This document shows, piece after piece, positions 1 through 12,178 of a stretch of 64,000 nt of DNA. Position 1 is the stretch's first letter. Every line of letters begins with the position of its first letter. The stretch spans positions 248,001 to 312,000 of the forward strand of contig NW_027117348.1 of the NCBI RefSeq assembly GCF_038025025.1. Reading direction: 5' to 3'. Under the pieces are notes generated by a model, which saw only the letters and a program-made list of their open reading frames with translations, had not been told where the DNA came from and did no database searches. Origin of the DNA: Phyllosticta citribraziliensis (Eukaryota). The translations under genes and the position numbers were made by a program.

Positions 1-550
1 GCGACCGAACAGCAATTTCACACTGAGGATATTCAGAGGCGAGGACTTGGCGCCGAGGTAAACGATTCCTCTTCTGCTCGCGCTTTCGAACGGATTGCTG
101 ACATTGTTTCTCTTCGGCCGCAGAAGTCGACCCCTCCATTCCTGCAGCCGGGCAGCGAATCCACCCCAAGACGCGCCCCTTCGCGCAACGAACAACATCC
201 TCGCTACTCCTCAAGCAGACTGCGAATCCACCTCGAGATCCCGCAAGCCCCACGACGAATCGACCTCTAGAGGGGCCAGCGGCGAGCGACCGACGTCAGA
301 CGAGCGTCCGGTCTCCTTTTCACTCCTCCAGGCAGGTTGGCAACGTCGCTGATCTTGCATTTGTGGAAGAAACACCGTTCCCTGCAAATAAGATCGCGAA
401 CCTTCGTGGTAGGTCCTCCGCTCCTCTCCTCCAAACCGTTTCCGCTGACGACTATCTTCAAGTCCTCTCCGATCGACCCACTGCCTTTCTCCATTCTTCG
501 TCGCCACCGATGATCGACCATAATTGACCCGAGTTCGCATCCTGGACACC

Positions 551-1675
551 ATGTCGGACGTCCCGGCACGACCTTTTCGCTTCCTCGACTTGCCGCCGGA
601 ATTGCGGATGATTGTCTACGAGTTCGCTATGGGCGGACGATGTTTTCAATTCAACAAGTACCGGCCAGATCCGTCATGGCTTACTGGACGGCACAGACTT
701 GATTACAGCGTACTTCGCTTGAAACTTCCTGCGAGCCGAAATACTTTTTATCGCAGACTTGATGGTACCGCCAGAAGCATGGCCCACATGCCCAACATGC
801 AGCTTCTAATGACCTGTCGCCAAATCTACTACGAGGCAAACGCAGTTTTCAGCAAGAAAAACATATTTTCCTTCAGGAGGCCTGCATCTCTGATTGAGAT
901 TTGCACTATGCATTTCCCTTGGACCCTGGTATCCGCCTTGAAATCGATCTCATTGCGTATCCCCTTGTCACTGTCCGGGTTCGAGAGGCCGTCGGGTAGC
1001 GACACGGCACATGCAACGTACCATCGACTTTTCTTTGTCCAAGACTCCTGGCACCAGCAATTTTGGGGACGACATATGCATAGCCTTCGGCAAGTTCATG
1101 TCACCGTACGTATCACCGAAGGATCGACCGGCTCTTCAACACACGGCCCAAAAACATGTTGGGCATACGAAAGCACGGAGAAAGATTGTTCGTGGAAAGA
1201 CAATCTAGACGCCAAAAAAGTTCGACAAGTTCCTCCGTCTCTCTGCTACCTTGCCTATTCAAACCCCAGCGTTGAGATGACTATTTCTGTGGATAGCTAC
1301 GAGCTGTATTGGGCACTCGAGTACGATCCGAAGCACCAAAGTTGGCCGACGCCTTTCGGGATGGATGCGATAGCAAATTGGTTCCAAGATCTGGTTGAGC
1401 GCGGCAAGGTCGATCCCAAGGCCCGCTTTTGCTGGCCGCGCGAGGCAGGCCAGGAGGAGGGCTACGTCCACGAGACAGCAAGTTGTAGAAAGTGTGCACA
1501 GTGGTACTTCCTTCCGGCTCGGCTTCATCTGAGGGAAAAGAACAAGAATGCCTTCATAAACGAATGGCTCCGACGCTTGGAAGAGTGCAGGCGTCATGGA
1601 CCCGAATCACAGGGGCTGATTACCTGGCCGGAGTCGGATGAAAGTGAGGCGATGGAGGAAAGTGGTGACGATTAG
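551..1675 (+). CDS. F-box-like (LPxELR) / DUF7730-type hypothetical protein
   Basis: Single-exon ORF from ATG 551. N-terminal PFRFLDLPPELRMIVYEF and LLMTCRQIYYEANAVFSKKNIFSF motifs are typical of this fungal family. Confidence 0.75.
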   Translation: MSDVPARPFRFLDLPPELRMIVYEFAMGGRCFQFNKYRPDPSWLTGRHRLDYSVLRLKLPASRNTFYRRLDGTARSMAHMPNMQLLMTCRQIYYEANAVFSKKNIFSFRRPASLIEICTMHFPWTLVSALKSISLRIPLSLSGFERPSGSDTAHATYHRLFFVQDSWHQQFWGRHMHSLRQVHVTVRITEGSTGSSTHGPKTCWAYESTEKDCSWKDNLDAKKVRQVPPSLCYLAYSNPSVEMTISVDSYELYWALEYDPKHQSWPTPFGMDAIANWFQDLVERGKVDPKARFCWPREAGQEEGYVHETASCRKCAQWYFLPARLHLREKNKNAFINEWLRRLEECRRHGPESQGLITWPESDESEAMEESGDD

Positions 1676-2630
1676 GGACAGCCGACTGAGATTGCACAGC
1701 CGATAGACGAACATTTCGGAGGCGCAGAGGCAACAGATGTCGAGCTTTGACGCATACATATATGGGCATCCTTCTGGGAAATTCGAGATGTTGCCGTGGG
1801 GAGAGGTTGTTGCTGTCCGGACGGAGACAAGGGCTTGCTTTCACGTCGTCGCTGTATGGAGACCAGGTATTTCGGGGTAATATTGAGGCTTTCTTTCTGT
1901 GCTTGAGGTCTCTTGCCTTTCTATCACGTCTATCTTGCTCGGCCTTTCGATTCCTGGTTTTCTCGGGGGTTGGGTCGTGGGAGTCGATGCGGTTGCTGCA
2001 CCTTCCTCTCTGCGATTCTCGAAGCGGCTAGCGCCAAACTTTGCGTCAACCTCACTTCTGCCCTTCCACTTACCCTCAACATCTCCTCTCCACCGCACCT
2101 CTCTCCCTTGGCCTCCTCCCATCGACGGCATCGGCTCGAAACGATTGGATCTTCAAAGGGACCGCGTTCCCGTCTCTGCGCTCGCAGGTGAGTCGCTCCG
2201 CTCAAGCATCCGCGCTCCAGCGGGTCTTCGCGGTCTTCATTCACGTCGCTGACACCATTCCAGGCCTTGAACTCGCACACGCGTACGAGGGCAGCCGTCA
2301 AGCGCGTCATCGCTCAAGCGGCGAGGCTCGACGGTCTTCGACGCGACCTCTCCACGCTCCTACGAATCGACTTGCCACTCGCGCTCAAGGTCTCCGTCGC
2401 CGCAATCACCTCGGCGGGCACAATCCGCGACAGACGTCCAATGCAATGAATAACGATTGAGCCCCTGCACCTGCTCTGTCTCACAAGGTCCGCGGTGACC
2501 AAGGGTAGCACACGGAATCCCGCTCTGCAGGTGAGCTTTTTGCTTCTCGAGTTTGTGGACATGGTATTGACACGTCGTAGATTACCCTCGCCACGGCTCG
2601 CACCAGGGAGTGCGTCGCCGTCCCCCCGAA

Positions 2631-3620
2631 ATGTCTTCGTCAGAAGAAAGCAACCCGCAGAGCAACCACCCTACGGACCACGACGAGCCCCGCTCCGCTC
2701 AATCTCAAGACGAAGCAGATATCCCAAAGGATGAATTGCAGGGTGATGTCGACGAGGAATCTACCAAGCCGACCTCACCAGCCCCCGCAAATGACGGCGG
2801 AAACGGAACGTGCCATCTTCTACGCATGCCGCCGGAAATTCGACTCATGATCTTCGAGATGGTCCTCGGCCGTCGGCACATTTGGCCCATCTTACTGGAC
2901 GACGGCCGCCTTGGAATTTGGTCTTGCTACTGCCGGTTTGATATCGAAAAGGATTTCAAGTCCTGGTCTGACGATGTTAGCTGGGCTTTTACTTCCCACT
3001 ATCGACGTAAGCTGCATACTCATCTGAGACCACCTGGATACACCTCTAGCCTCAGTCTTGGACTTCTGCGCACATGCAAGGACATATACCAAGAAGCACA
3101 GAAAATTGTGTTCACAAAGAACAACTTCGTCCTCTCGCACGTGAAACATTTACGCAGCTTTCGCAACAGGCTTTCCCATGCGCAAAGGGACTTGATCAGA
3201 GAAGTGACAATAGCCTACATCATTCCTATCGTGCAAGGTCAGCCCCGCTACAAACTCGATCTTTGGGAGCCGAAGTTCACAAACTACATTTTCCCGGCCC
3301 CAAATCTTCATAAGGTCCACTTTGTTGCATACATTGGGGCCGCTAGTCTTGTGCGGTGGAGCTCGCAGCGGCTGAAAATGTTCGATCTCCGTTTGTCCAA
3401 ACTTGATGTACCAGTCAACAAGCTCATGTTCCAAGCAATCGACCACAGCAACACGGAACCCCAGTTCTCAGTCAACGTTGATTGCGATAGCTCTTTGATT
3501 CCCTGGTTCCGTCATCGATATCCGGAACGGAGCGAGGATGAGATTCGCACACGGCTGGGAGTGACTGAAGAAGACATTCGGAAGTTTATCGACAGGCTCA
3601 AGCGGAGGCTTTTGGACTGA
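2631..3620 (+). CDS. F-box-like / DUF7730-type hypothetical protein, tandem paralog of 551..1675
   Basis: ATG 2631; CHLLRMPPEIRLMIFEMVLG and LGLLRTCKDIYQEAQKIVFTKNNF motifs. Apparent leader introns at 2188-2263 and 2531-2580. Confidence 0.75.
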   Translation: MSSSEESNPQSNHPTDHDEPRSAQSQDEADIPKDELQGDVDEESTKPTSPAPANDGGNGTCHLLRMPPEIRLMIFEMVLGRRHIWPILLDDGRLGIWSCYCRFDIEKDFKSWSDDVSWAFTSHYRRKLHTHLRPPGYTSSLSLGLLRTCKDIYQEAQKIVFTKNNFVLSHVKHLRSFRNRLSHAQRDLIREVTIAYIIPIVQGQPRYKLDLWEPKFTNYIFPAPNLHKVHFVAYIGAASLVRWSSQRLKMFDLRLSKLDVPVNKLMFQAIDHSNTEPQFSVNVDCDSSLIPWFRHRYPERSEDEIRTRLGVTEEDIRKFIDRLKRRLLD

Positions 3621-4439
3621 CCGTGGACTTGCACACACGGGCTAGACGAGATGGAAATGGAGAAGCTGCGGTCGAAACCAGGCAGTGAAGGAAGACCCGA
3701 TCTATTGTCGAACAGAAAAATACGCAGCATGGGTTTCAGAGGTGGGCGACATGGGCTACGCGACATCTTCAAAGCCTGTTGCATCGTCATGCAAAATCGA
3801 CGGGAAGAAAGGGGTGATTGCTACTTGAGGATGAGGTGTTCGAATGTCAAGCATTTTCAAGGCGAACAGAAGCATGTGGGTTGCTTATGGTGAGTAGCTG
3901 GTAGCAGGCCAATCAAAACATTTTCGCATCCGACGATTATTCGCATTCCCGTTCGTCGACCGCGTTCCCGAAAGCGCCTAGCGGCAGGCCAAGGCGGGTC
4001 GGCACGACCCAGATCGTGGCATTGGTTCGATTCAGTTCTCTCGACTTGTTTTCCGTATTCGTATCGGCTGCAGGGATACCATCTCCACGCATCCAGGAAA
4101 GCTTTTTCGCGCCAAAGATTGCTATCGCAGCCACGATTTTCTCGTGTGCAGCAGACACGGAGAAACTCTCAAAAGGCCCTTTTGTTTACGGCGGACGCGT
4201 CTTTTCGTGTTGCTGCGCGGTATCGAACCCTCTTGCGGGCGCTGGTCGATCGGGCTATTTAAAGTATGCCCCCACATGCGATCGTCTCTCTGTTTAGGCT
4301 TCCATTATTCCTTCAAGAACGCTTGTTTCTCTCTGATTTTCTACTTAGCGCGCCCATCCTTTTTTCTTTTCTCGCTGCTATTCGCTGCCGTCTGCTTACC
4401 GTTCAGCCGTGCGGGCGTTTGTTTACTTGTTGACCGACC

Positions 4440-7400
4440 ATGGCGGAGAAGAGCCAACACGAATACCACGAGGCGCCGTTTGTGGATGCGCCGCTGCCTT
4501 ATACCGCGATTGAGACGACGCGCCTTGTTGATGAAAACACTGACGTGAGGGGTATGTCGTCAATGGCTTTCCTGTGCAATGCTGACCCCTCCAGACGACG
4601 GCCGCATCGATGTCGACCTCGACTCAGCACTGGGCCGGCGCCTATCAAAACTCGTCCGCGACCGCGACTCCATCTTCTCAGAACCCCCACCTCCGTACAG
4701 CGAAACCGAGCCAGCACGGCGCGAATGGCACATCAAGCTCAACATCGTCATCCAAGTCGTTGGCAGCCGCGGCGACGTGCAGCCTTTCATCGCGCTGGGC
4801 AACGCGCTGCAAAAGTATGGCCACAGAGTACGCATCGGCACGCACAACGTCTTCGAAGACTTTGTGCGTGGCTCCGGTCTCGAATTTTATCCCATCGGCG
4901 GCGACCCGGCGGACCTCATGGCGTACATGGTCAAGAACCCGGGCCTCATCCCCAGCATGAAGGCGCTGCGGGCGGGCGACATTGGCCGCAAGCGCGCCAT
5001 GGTGGCCGAGATGCTCGACGGCTGCTGGAAGAGCTGCATCGAGCCCGACCAGCGCACAAACATGCCCTTCACCGCCGACGCCATCATCGGCAACCCGCCC
5101 GCCTTTGCGCCCATCCACTGCGCCGAGGCGCTCGGCATCCCGGTGCACTTGATGTTTACGATGCCGTGGACGAGTACGCGCGCCTTTCCGCATCCCCTGG
5201 CGAATATCAAGAGCAAGGACACGGATAGGCGGCTGGCCAACTACATTTCGTACGGCATTGTCGAGTTCTTGACGTGGCAGGGCCTCGGCGATGTCATCAA
5301 CAAGTGGCGCGTGGGGATTGATTTGGAGCCGGTGCCGATTACTGAGGGCCCCAATCTGGCAAAGACGCTGCAGGTCCCGTTTACGTACTGTTGGTCGCCG
5401 GCGCTGGTGCCCAAACCAGCAGACTGGCAGCCGCACATTGGTGAGTAAACCGTGGGTGGGGCGTGCTGCACACACTGACTTTCCAGATGTCTGCGGCTTC
5501 TTCTTCCGCGACCCGCCCTCGTACACGCCGCCGTCGGATCTTGAAGACTTTCTCAGGGCCGGCCCGCCGCCCGTCTACATTGGCTTTGGCAGCATCGTCA
5601 TCGACGAGCCCGCGCGCATGACGGCGCTGCTGCTCGAGGCTGTCCACATGGCTGGCGTGCGCGCCATCATCTCCCGCGGCTGGAGTAAGCTGGGCGGCGC
5701 GAATAAGCCCAATGTCTTTTGGCTGGGCGACTGTCCGCATGAATGGCTGTTTCAGCACGTCAGTGCTGTCGTGCATCATGGCGGCGCGGGGACGACGGCG
5801 TGTGGGCTGTTGAATGGCAAGCCGACGACGATTGTGCCGTTCTTCGGAGAGTGAGTTTGCGGTCGCCCTGTAGTTTGCTCTAGACTAACATTGCAGTCAA
5901 CCGTTTTGGGGCGACATGGTTGCCGCCGCAGGCGCTGGCCCTTCCCCTATTCCGCACCGTCAACTCGACTCCCGGATTCTCGCCGAAGCCATAACGTACT
6001 GTCTGACTCCTGAAGCCTCGGATGCCGCGCAAGGAATTGCAGCGAAGATGCGCGCGGAGAATGGCGTCGAAAACGCAGTCCACTCGTTCCACGCACACCT
6101 CCCGCTCGAGCGCATTCCGTGCGACCTCATCCCCAACCGGCCCGCCTTTTGGCTGTACAAAAAGGGCAAGACGCGCATGAAGCTGAGCAAGTTGGCTGCC
6201 GGCCTCGTCGCGACGCGGCTCGACTTGAACCGCAAGCATTTCCAGACTTATGCACCGCATCAGATCGTCATTGAGAATCGGCGGTGGGATCCGGTGACGG
6301 GAACCCACTCGGCGGGCATTGGCATCATGAAGGACCTGGTCGAGGACACGGCAGGCATCTTCCTCAACCCGGTGCAGGAATACAGGCGGATTCAACGGAC
6401 CAGCTACGACGACTCGGACACGCGGTCGCAGAAGAAGGCAGAGTCGGTGGCAGCCAGGTCGACGCGGCCCCCGTCGCCCGCGTCGTCGCTGTCGTCGTTT
6501 GACGTCAAGCAAATCAAGGACATTGAGCGGTTTGAGCGGCCAGACCTCGAGCGGGCGCACACTTCGAGCTCGAGACTCTCGCAGCGCTCCAAGCCGCCGC
6601 AGTATGAGGCTGCCATGGCGAGAAAGGAGCTTCCGCGAGACTCGCCGTCTAGGATGTCGCATGCCTCACAGTTCTCGCAATACACGTCTGTCTCGAGTAT
6701 GCGCCGCTCCATCGACACGTCGCACTCTGAAATCACGTTGCAATCGCCCGACCGGCCGCAGACGTCACATACAGCGCGACCGACGCCGCCCCCGTCGCGC
6801 CCCGACTCGGCCAGCGGCGCCAGCATCTACTCGACCGCGACGGCGAAGCCCAAACGCGAGAACAAGTCGCTAGCCATGGCAAAAGCGAGTCTAAAGTCGT
6901 TCGGCAAATTCCACGGGCACTTCTTCAAAGGCACGTTGGTCGACCTGCCCTACGCAACCGCCGAAGGGCTCCTCGCGCTCCCGGGCTACGTCGGCTCGAC
7001 GCCCTCGTCCTCCTCGCGGTCCCTCGCCGCTGGCCCCTCCTCCGACGCCGCAAGCACAACCAGCAAAGCGCCCAGCGCCTTCGCCGCCTTCATCGACGGG
7101 CCCGCCACGCACGCCCCCATCACCGACTGGCGCAGCGGCGCCGTCGCCGGCGCCAAAACCTTCGCATACGGCATGACGTCCGGACTCGCCGACTTCGTCG
7201 TGCAGCCGTACCGCGGGGCCAAGGCCGAGGGCGGCTGGGGCGCCGTCAAGGGCGCGGGCCGCGGCGTCGTGAGCGGGCTCAGCAAGACGAGCGCCGGCGT
7301 GCTGGGGCTCGTCGCGTTCCCGGGCCACGGCCTGACGAAGAGTTTGCGCGCTGGCGTGTATTGCCAGCGTGCGAAGGCGGTGGTGGCGAGGCGCTGGGAG

Positions 7401-7529
7401 GAGAGCGAGTGGCTTGTTGGTGATGTGTGGGGCATGGAGGGCGTCGATGTGGATGTGGGGCGCGTGATTCGCGCGTTTGAGACGGCGCGGAGGGGCGGCG
7501 AGTGGAGTCAGTACGACGAGTTGAATTAG
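4440..7529 (+). CDS. UDP-glucose:sterol glucosyltransferase-like protein (GT1, Glyco_transf_28), no PH/GRAM domain seen
   Basis: Exons 4440-4551, 4595-5440, 5487-5850, 5897-7529 with canonical introns. Motifs [61 protein letters not shown] (last one formed across a splice). Confidence 0.92.
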
Positions 7530-7752
7530 CGTGGTGTTGAGGTGTTGGTGGAGGAGGTGGCATTGCGTTGGCGTTCTTGGTTTTGGGCATACCATCGATT
7601 GGCGTGGGTGGAGGGAGTCAACAAGTTGTCCTGCATCACTCGATTTTCACTTACCCCTGAATCCAATGCTCACATCACACAGCGCGCATCGCACGAATCT
7701 AGTCAAGCCCATTCATTGTACCAAGACAACCCAACCCTTTCCTTTGTCCAGC

Positions 7753-8454
7753 TCAAACAACCCCTTCCGTCAACTCCACCACCTCCACCTCCCCCCGAAA
7801 CCCCTGCACACTGAATTCCACCCACCCCCCCTTGCCCTCATCCATCTCCATCTCCCAATCCCTCTGCGCCGTCGACGCCGTGGCCCCGCGGCCGCTGTGC
7901 AGCGCGCTGAACGCCGTCAGCGGGTCGTCGTCGTCGTCTTGTAGCAGCGAGAAGGCGCGGGTGCTGAGGTCGTGCTGCGGCGCTGGTTCGGGGTTTGGTT
8001 GTATTTGTGGCTGGTTCGGTGCTGACGGGGCTGGTGGTGGGAGGTTGTGGTAGCTGTATGGGAGGTTGTCGTTGTGGTACTGGATGCGATACAGCAAAAC
8101 GCAGAACCCGACGACGCAGCAACTCGCGATCCAGATCCACGTCAGTCTCTCATCGCCCTTTTCTTTTTGCTTCTCCTTTTCGCTCGGTGCAGGCTCAATC
8201 TGCAGTTCGTTGGCCTCGTCTCCGCGGTTTGCGTCGTCTGTCGAGCACTCACTGTGTCAGTTTCTGCTCCCGTTCGCAGGTCTCCTTTCTGCCGCTTGTT
8301 AGATATACGCACCACCGCTTTCACTTTCACTTTGGGTCTTGCTTTTGTCTTTCTCTTTTCCTCCGGCGTTGGCTTTGGTTCTGGTTTTGCGCCGCGATGC
8401 AGCTTTGTTGGATGTGCTCGTTTGCGTCGTGTCGCGGCCGCTGCGGAGACGCAT
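7753..8454 (-). CDS. Hypothetical single-pass membrane protein (~208 aa) beginning MRLRSGR
   Basis: Exons 8454-8313 and 8237-7753. Intron 8312-8238 (GTGCGT...CTGAC...CAG) joins them in frame. Basic N-terminus and hydrophobic segment LTWIWIASCCVVGFCVLLY. Confidence 0.65.
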
Positions 8455-8848
8455 TGTAGCGTGCGGCCCTCATGGGTATGGGGGATGGGTTAGCGGCGGG
8501 GAGATGACGCCGTTTGTTTGGCTGCTGACTTTGTCGGCGGTCATTCCGACATGGCGGCAGGGCGAGATGCCTGGTTTTCGGGGGTGAGTGTGAAGGGCAG
8601 GGCAGGTGATTGATTGGAGGGTTTCTGGATGACTGCGGTTTGGTTGCCTTGGAAATTCAAGCCATGCGCCGAAACTTCTACTTCCCGCTGCTCCAACTTG
8701 GCAGATTGTCTGGATTCTTCTCGCTGTCTGGGAAAAATGCATCGATTTCGCTAGCCTGCAGTATTGACAAAACAATTGACGCCACAAGAAAACAAGAAAG
8801 CGGAAACCCGGACGGAAAATACAGAAACCCTCACCACCATTAGCCTGC

Positions 8849-11434
8849 TCACTGCGCCTTCATCAACGACCCACTCTCTCGCTCGCGATCTTCAGTAATA
8901 GCGCCCAAGTTCAGCAGCCCTTCGTTTGCACTCCGACTGCGCTTCGTCGTGAGCGCTGGCTGCTTATCACTGGCTTCAGCATGACAGCCACTACCTTCGC
9001 AGCCTCCACCCTCTTCCCGATCTCTTCTGGTCCACGGGCTCGGTGGCGCCTCAGCCCCAGCGCTAGCAGAAGACGGGGAAACGGGATTCTCAGCGAAGTT
9101 GGAGTTCAGCGTGCCAATCCCCACATCCGAAAACACCGACAACGACACCAGCGAGCGGTCTGAGACGCGGCGCTCGTTTGTGGTGCACGGGCTCGGAGCA
9201 GACACAGAAGACTGCCCCGATGTCCTGCGCTGGCCAGCTTCCGGCCATCTCTCCTGTCTTTGCTTCTCAGCGGCGGTGCGGTGCCGCTCTGCCACTTCGG
9301 TTGAGCTGGGAGAAGGCAACGACGACATGGATATTGGCGATGCACCTTGCGAGCTGGGCTCCACGCTGATTGCTTCCATTTCAAAGAGAGCTTTGCGCTG
9401 TGCTGAGTCTTCGAAGGCATTGCGCGGGTCGATGGACGAGCTGTTCGTCCGCGCGTGTCCGTTGGCTGCCGCAGAGCTGTCGCCCTGTACTTCCTGGACT
9501 GCACACTTCGGTTGGTACATTTCGTAGACGCCCGTGCTGTTGGCGTCGAGTTCGTTGCCCAGCTCCTGCTTGTCCTCCTGAGCACGGCTGCAGTCCCGAT
9601 CGCCCCATGGGTTGCGAAAAGGGAATAATGAGGCGATGAGGGAGCTGGCGCGCGACTGTCCGCCGCTGGTTGGTGATCCGATTGGACCCATCTCTGAAGG
9701 ACACATTGGTTTGAAAGAGTAGCGTCGGTTTCGGGGCCGGTGGCGATACCATTGGAGGACGATGCATGCGAGTATCAGCCCGCCGATGATGCCACCGACA
9801 ATGGTTCCTGCTAGGGCGCCCGCCGAAAGCCCATCCAGACCCTCCCTTCCCGACTCACTCACTGGATGAATGGTGTGGTAGCTCGGGGTGTAGGTCAAGT
9901 CGTCTGGCCAAGTGGCGGGAGAGATGCTGAATCTGTTGCGCTCATAGTCCGCTACAATGTACGCCTCCTGCAAGAACGCGCGTCCGAGTGTAGGAGATGT
10001 GTTGACTGCCGCCGGCTTCAGTGGGAAATACCACGACCAGCCAGAGAGCCTTGGGCTTATCTCATTCAACGACGCATTCAGGAGAAATGCGGAAACGGGA
10101 AAGACGAATGGTACAAGAGAACTGTCTTCGGACTGGGTGCTAAAGTCGCGGAGGACAAACGTCATGTTTTCGACCGACGTGCTCAGGTTGTTCTTTTGTT
10201 CTTCCGTCAGGAGGTACAGGCCGGCAGTCTTGTTCCAGGTCAGACCGAGCTTCTGGGAAAATTTGTCACAGAGATCTTGTGGGAAGTAAAAGTACGGCAA
10301 CGTCGAATCGATGACGGTGGTCGTCGGCTGAGCAGTGAGCAAGTCGAATGTCGGCGTCGTGATCGACACCAACGAAACGGTAAAGTCTTGGGCGGGATCA
10401 TCTGTGAATGCCCCCTCGACCTTGGTCGTGTTGTCGAATCGAGAGCTGTCATAGCCTCCGAGGGTGAGACTACCGTACACTTTGCTTGATTCTGCAGCAC
10501 ATCAGACCTGGACTCCATGTAGGCAGAGGAATGTCACCTCGAGGACTCACTGTAGTTGGCGCCAGCAGTGTATCCCCACGAAAGACTCGGGATTTGGCTC
10601 TGGTTCTTCAAAGTTTGCAGCAAGCTGGGATACTTGTTCGAAATAGCCGACACGGAGTTCGTCCGCGGATTCAACGGGAAAAGCCCGACCCAGTATTCAA
10701 TCTGGCCAATGTTTGCAATCGCCTGCGACACTGCATGGATGTTTTTGAGACTTTCCGGGAAAGAGACGTAGTCAGAGACGAGGCTTGCATTGATCGACGG
10801 CTCCTGAAGGGTAGAAGAGCCCATTCCAACATTTCCGAGGGGAGCTGCCGCAGTCTCTGGGTTGTAGAATTGCCCGCGCGAGTCTTGACAATCTTCTGAG
10901 CCGTTCTCGCATCCGACCGAGTTTATTGCCACGATCCAGCTGAGCGAAGTCGAGGGCAGTACGCGGATGTCGGTCGTCGAGTTGCCAATGTTGAGCCAAA
11001 AGGTGGACCTGGCATGTCAGTTGTTGAGCATTGAATCACGGTCGAGGGAAATACCAGGACTTGTCTGGGCCATCGAACAGTTGGGTCTCTCTGGAAATTT
11101 CAGCAAAGGTTTGGTGGTGGCCTCAGTGTACTCACTTGATCGGAATTGCTGGAATCTTTGATTCCTTCATGTCGCGAGCCTCGAGAGTCGGTCTACGCCT
11201 CCAAGACATTATCTCCCCAGACGCGAAGTGGTCAAGCCTCGAGATCAGCTTGGCCAATCTTGAAAACATTTTCGAGCCAAATCTCTCGCATCTCAGCGCA
11301 ATGAGTGCAGCTGAGAAGGTTTGAAAATACAGATTGGAAATGAGCCCAAGACGCCTAGACTTCAGTAAGCAAGCAAGCGACAGTGCCAGAAGGGAGGCGC
11401 TAGAATACCCGATGAGATAAAGAAATGCGCGCAT
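8849..11434 (-). CDS. Aspartic-protease-fold (A1) type I membrane protein, probably catalytically inactive
   Basis: Introns 11135-11091, 11054-11009, 10550-10492 join FDGPDKSWSTFWLNIG...VLPST...SWGYTAGANY...GSLTLGGYD...VIDSTLPY...LGRAFLQEAY. TM helix GALAGTIVGGIIGGLILACIVL and long cytosolic tail. Start uncertain (11434 or 11170). Confidence 0.85.
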
Positions 11435-12178
11435 GGCTGGAAAATATGGCACTCCGTGTGACGGCGCAAAAGTTTGTCACTCGAGGGCTCATGTTGAGAG
11501 ACGTTGAGATGGGACAAGGTTTTCCTGTCGTACCAAAATTCGCAGCCTGACCTTTGCCTCTACGCTCTGCGAACCAGCACGTGGTGGTCTCCAAGTGCCT
11601 CAGCGGACCGCTCTTCCCCGTTCGCCTTTCATGTTGGATCAGATGTTTGGCGTATTGCTGCAGGCGGTTGGCCGCGTCGTGAGGCAGAAATGCAAGTATC
11701 CGCTTTGCGAGGGCTGGGCCGAAGGCTGACACCGGCAGCACTTGTGACATGTTGACAGCAATTGAAGCAGCTAGCTTGGTGACATTTCGTTTCATCAGAC
11801 CACGATTTCCCCACATCGACCCTTTCACCACCTGCTTTGCTCCACAAGACTTGATCTCGGTCGGCCTCCGCACGGTCACACCACGGCTACGTGCGGTTTG
11901 TTGTTTCGACACTTGTGCAAAACGCCACCTCAGCAACGCGTCGAGTCGCATGGATGCGGCGTTGATTGGAGCCACTGCTGCGGCTGATTGATCATAACAG
12001 ATGGCGGCAAGTCCAAGGGTTGCAGTGGCGTAGCCTTGCGTGTCGTGCAGAATACTACGTGATTGCGCGGCTTATTTATCCCTCTGCTCTCCAGTTAATC
12101 AAAGACTCATTTGCTCGAGTTTGAATCTTCTCCATCGCTCGTTTCCGTCAGCTATCGTCTGCCAAAGCTTTTTACAGA

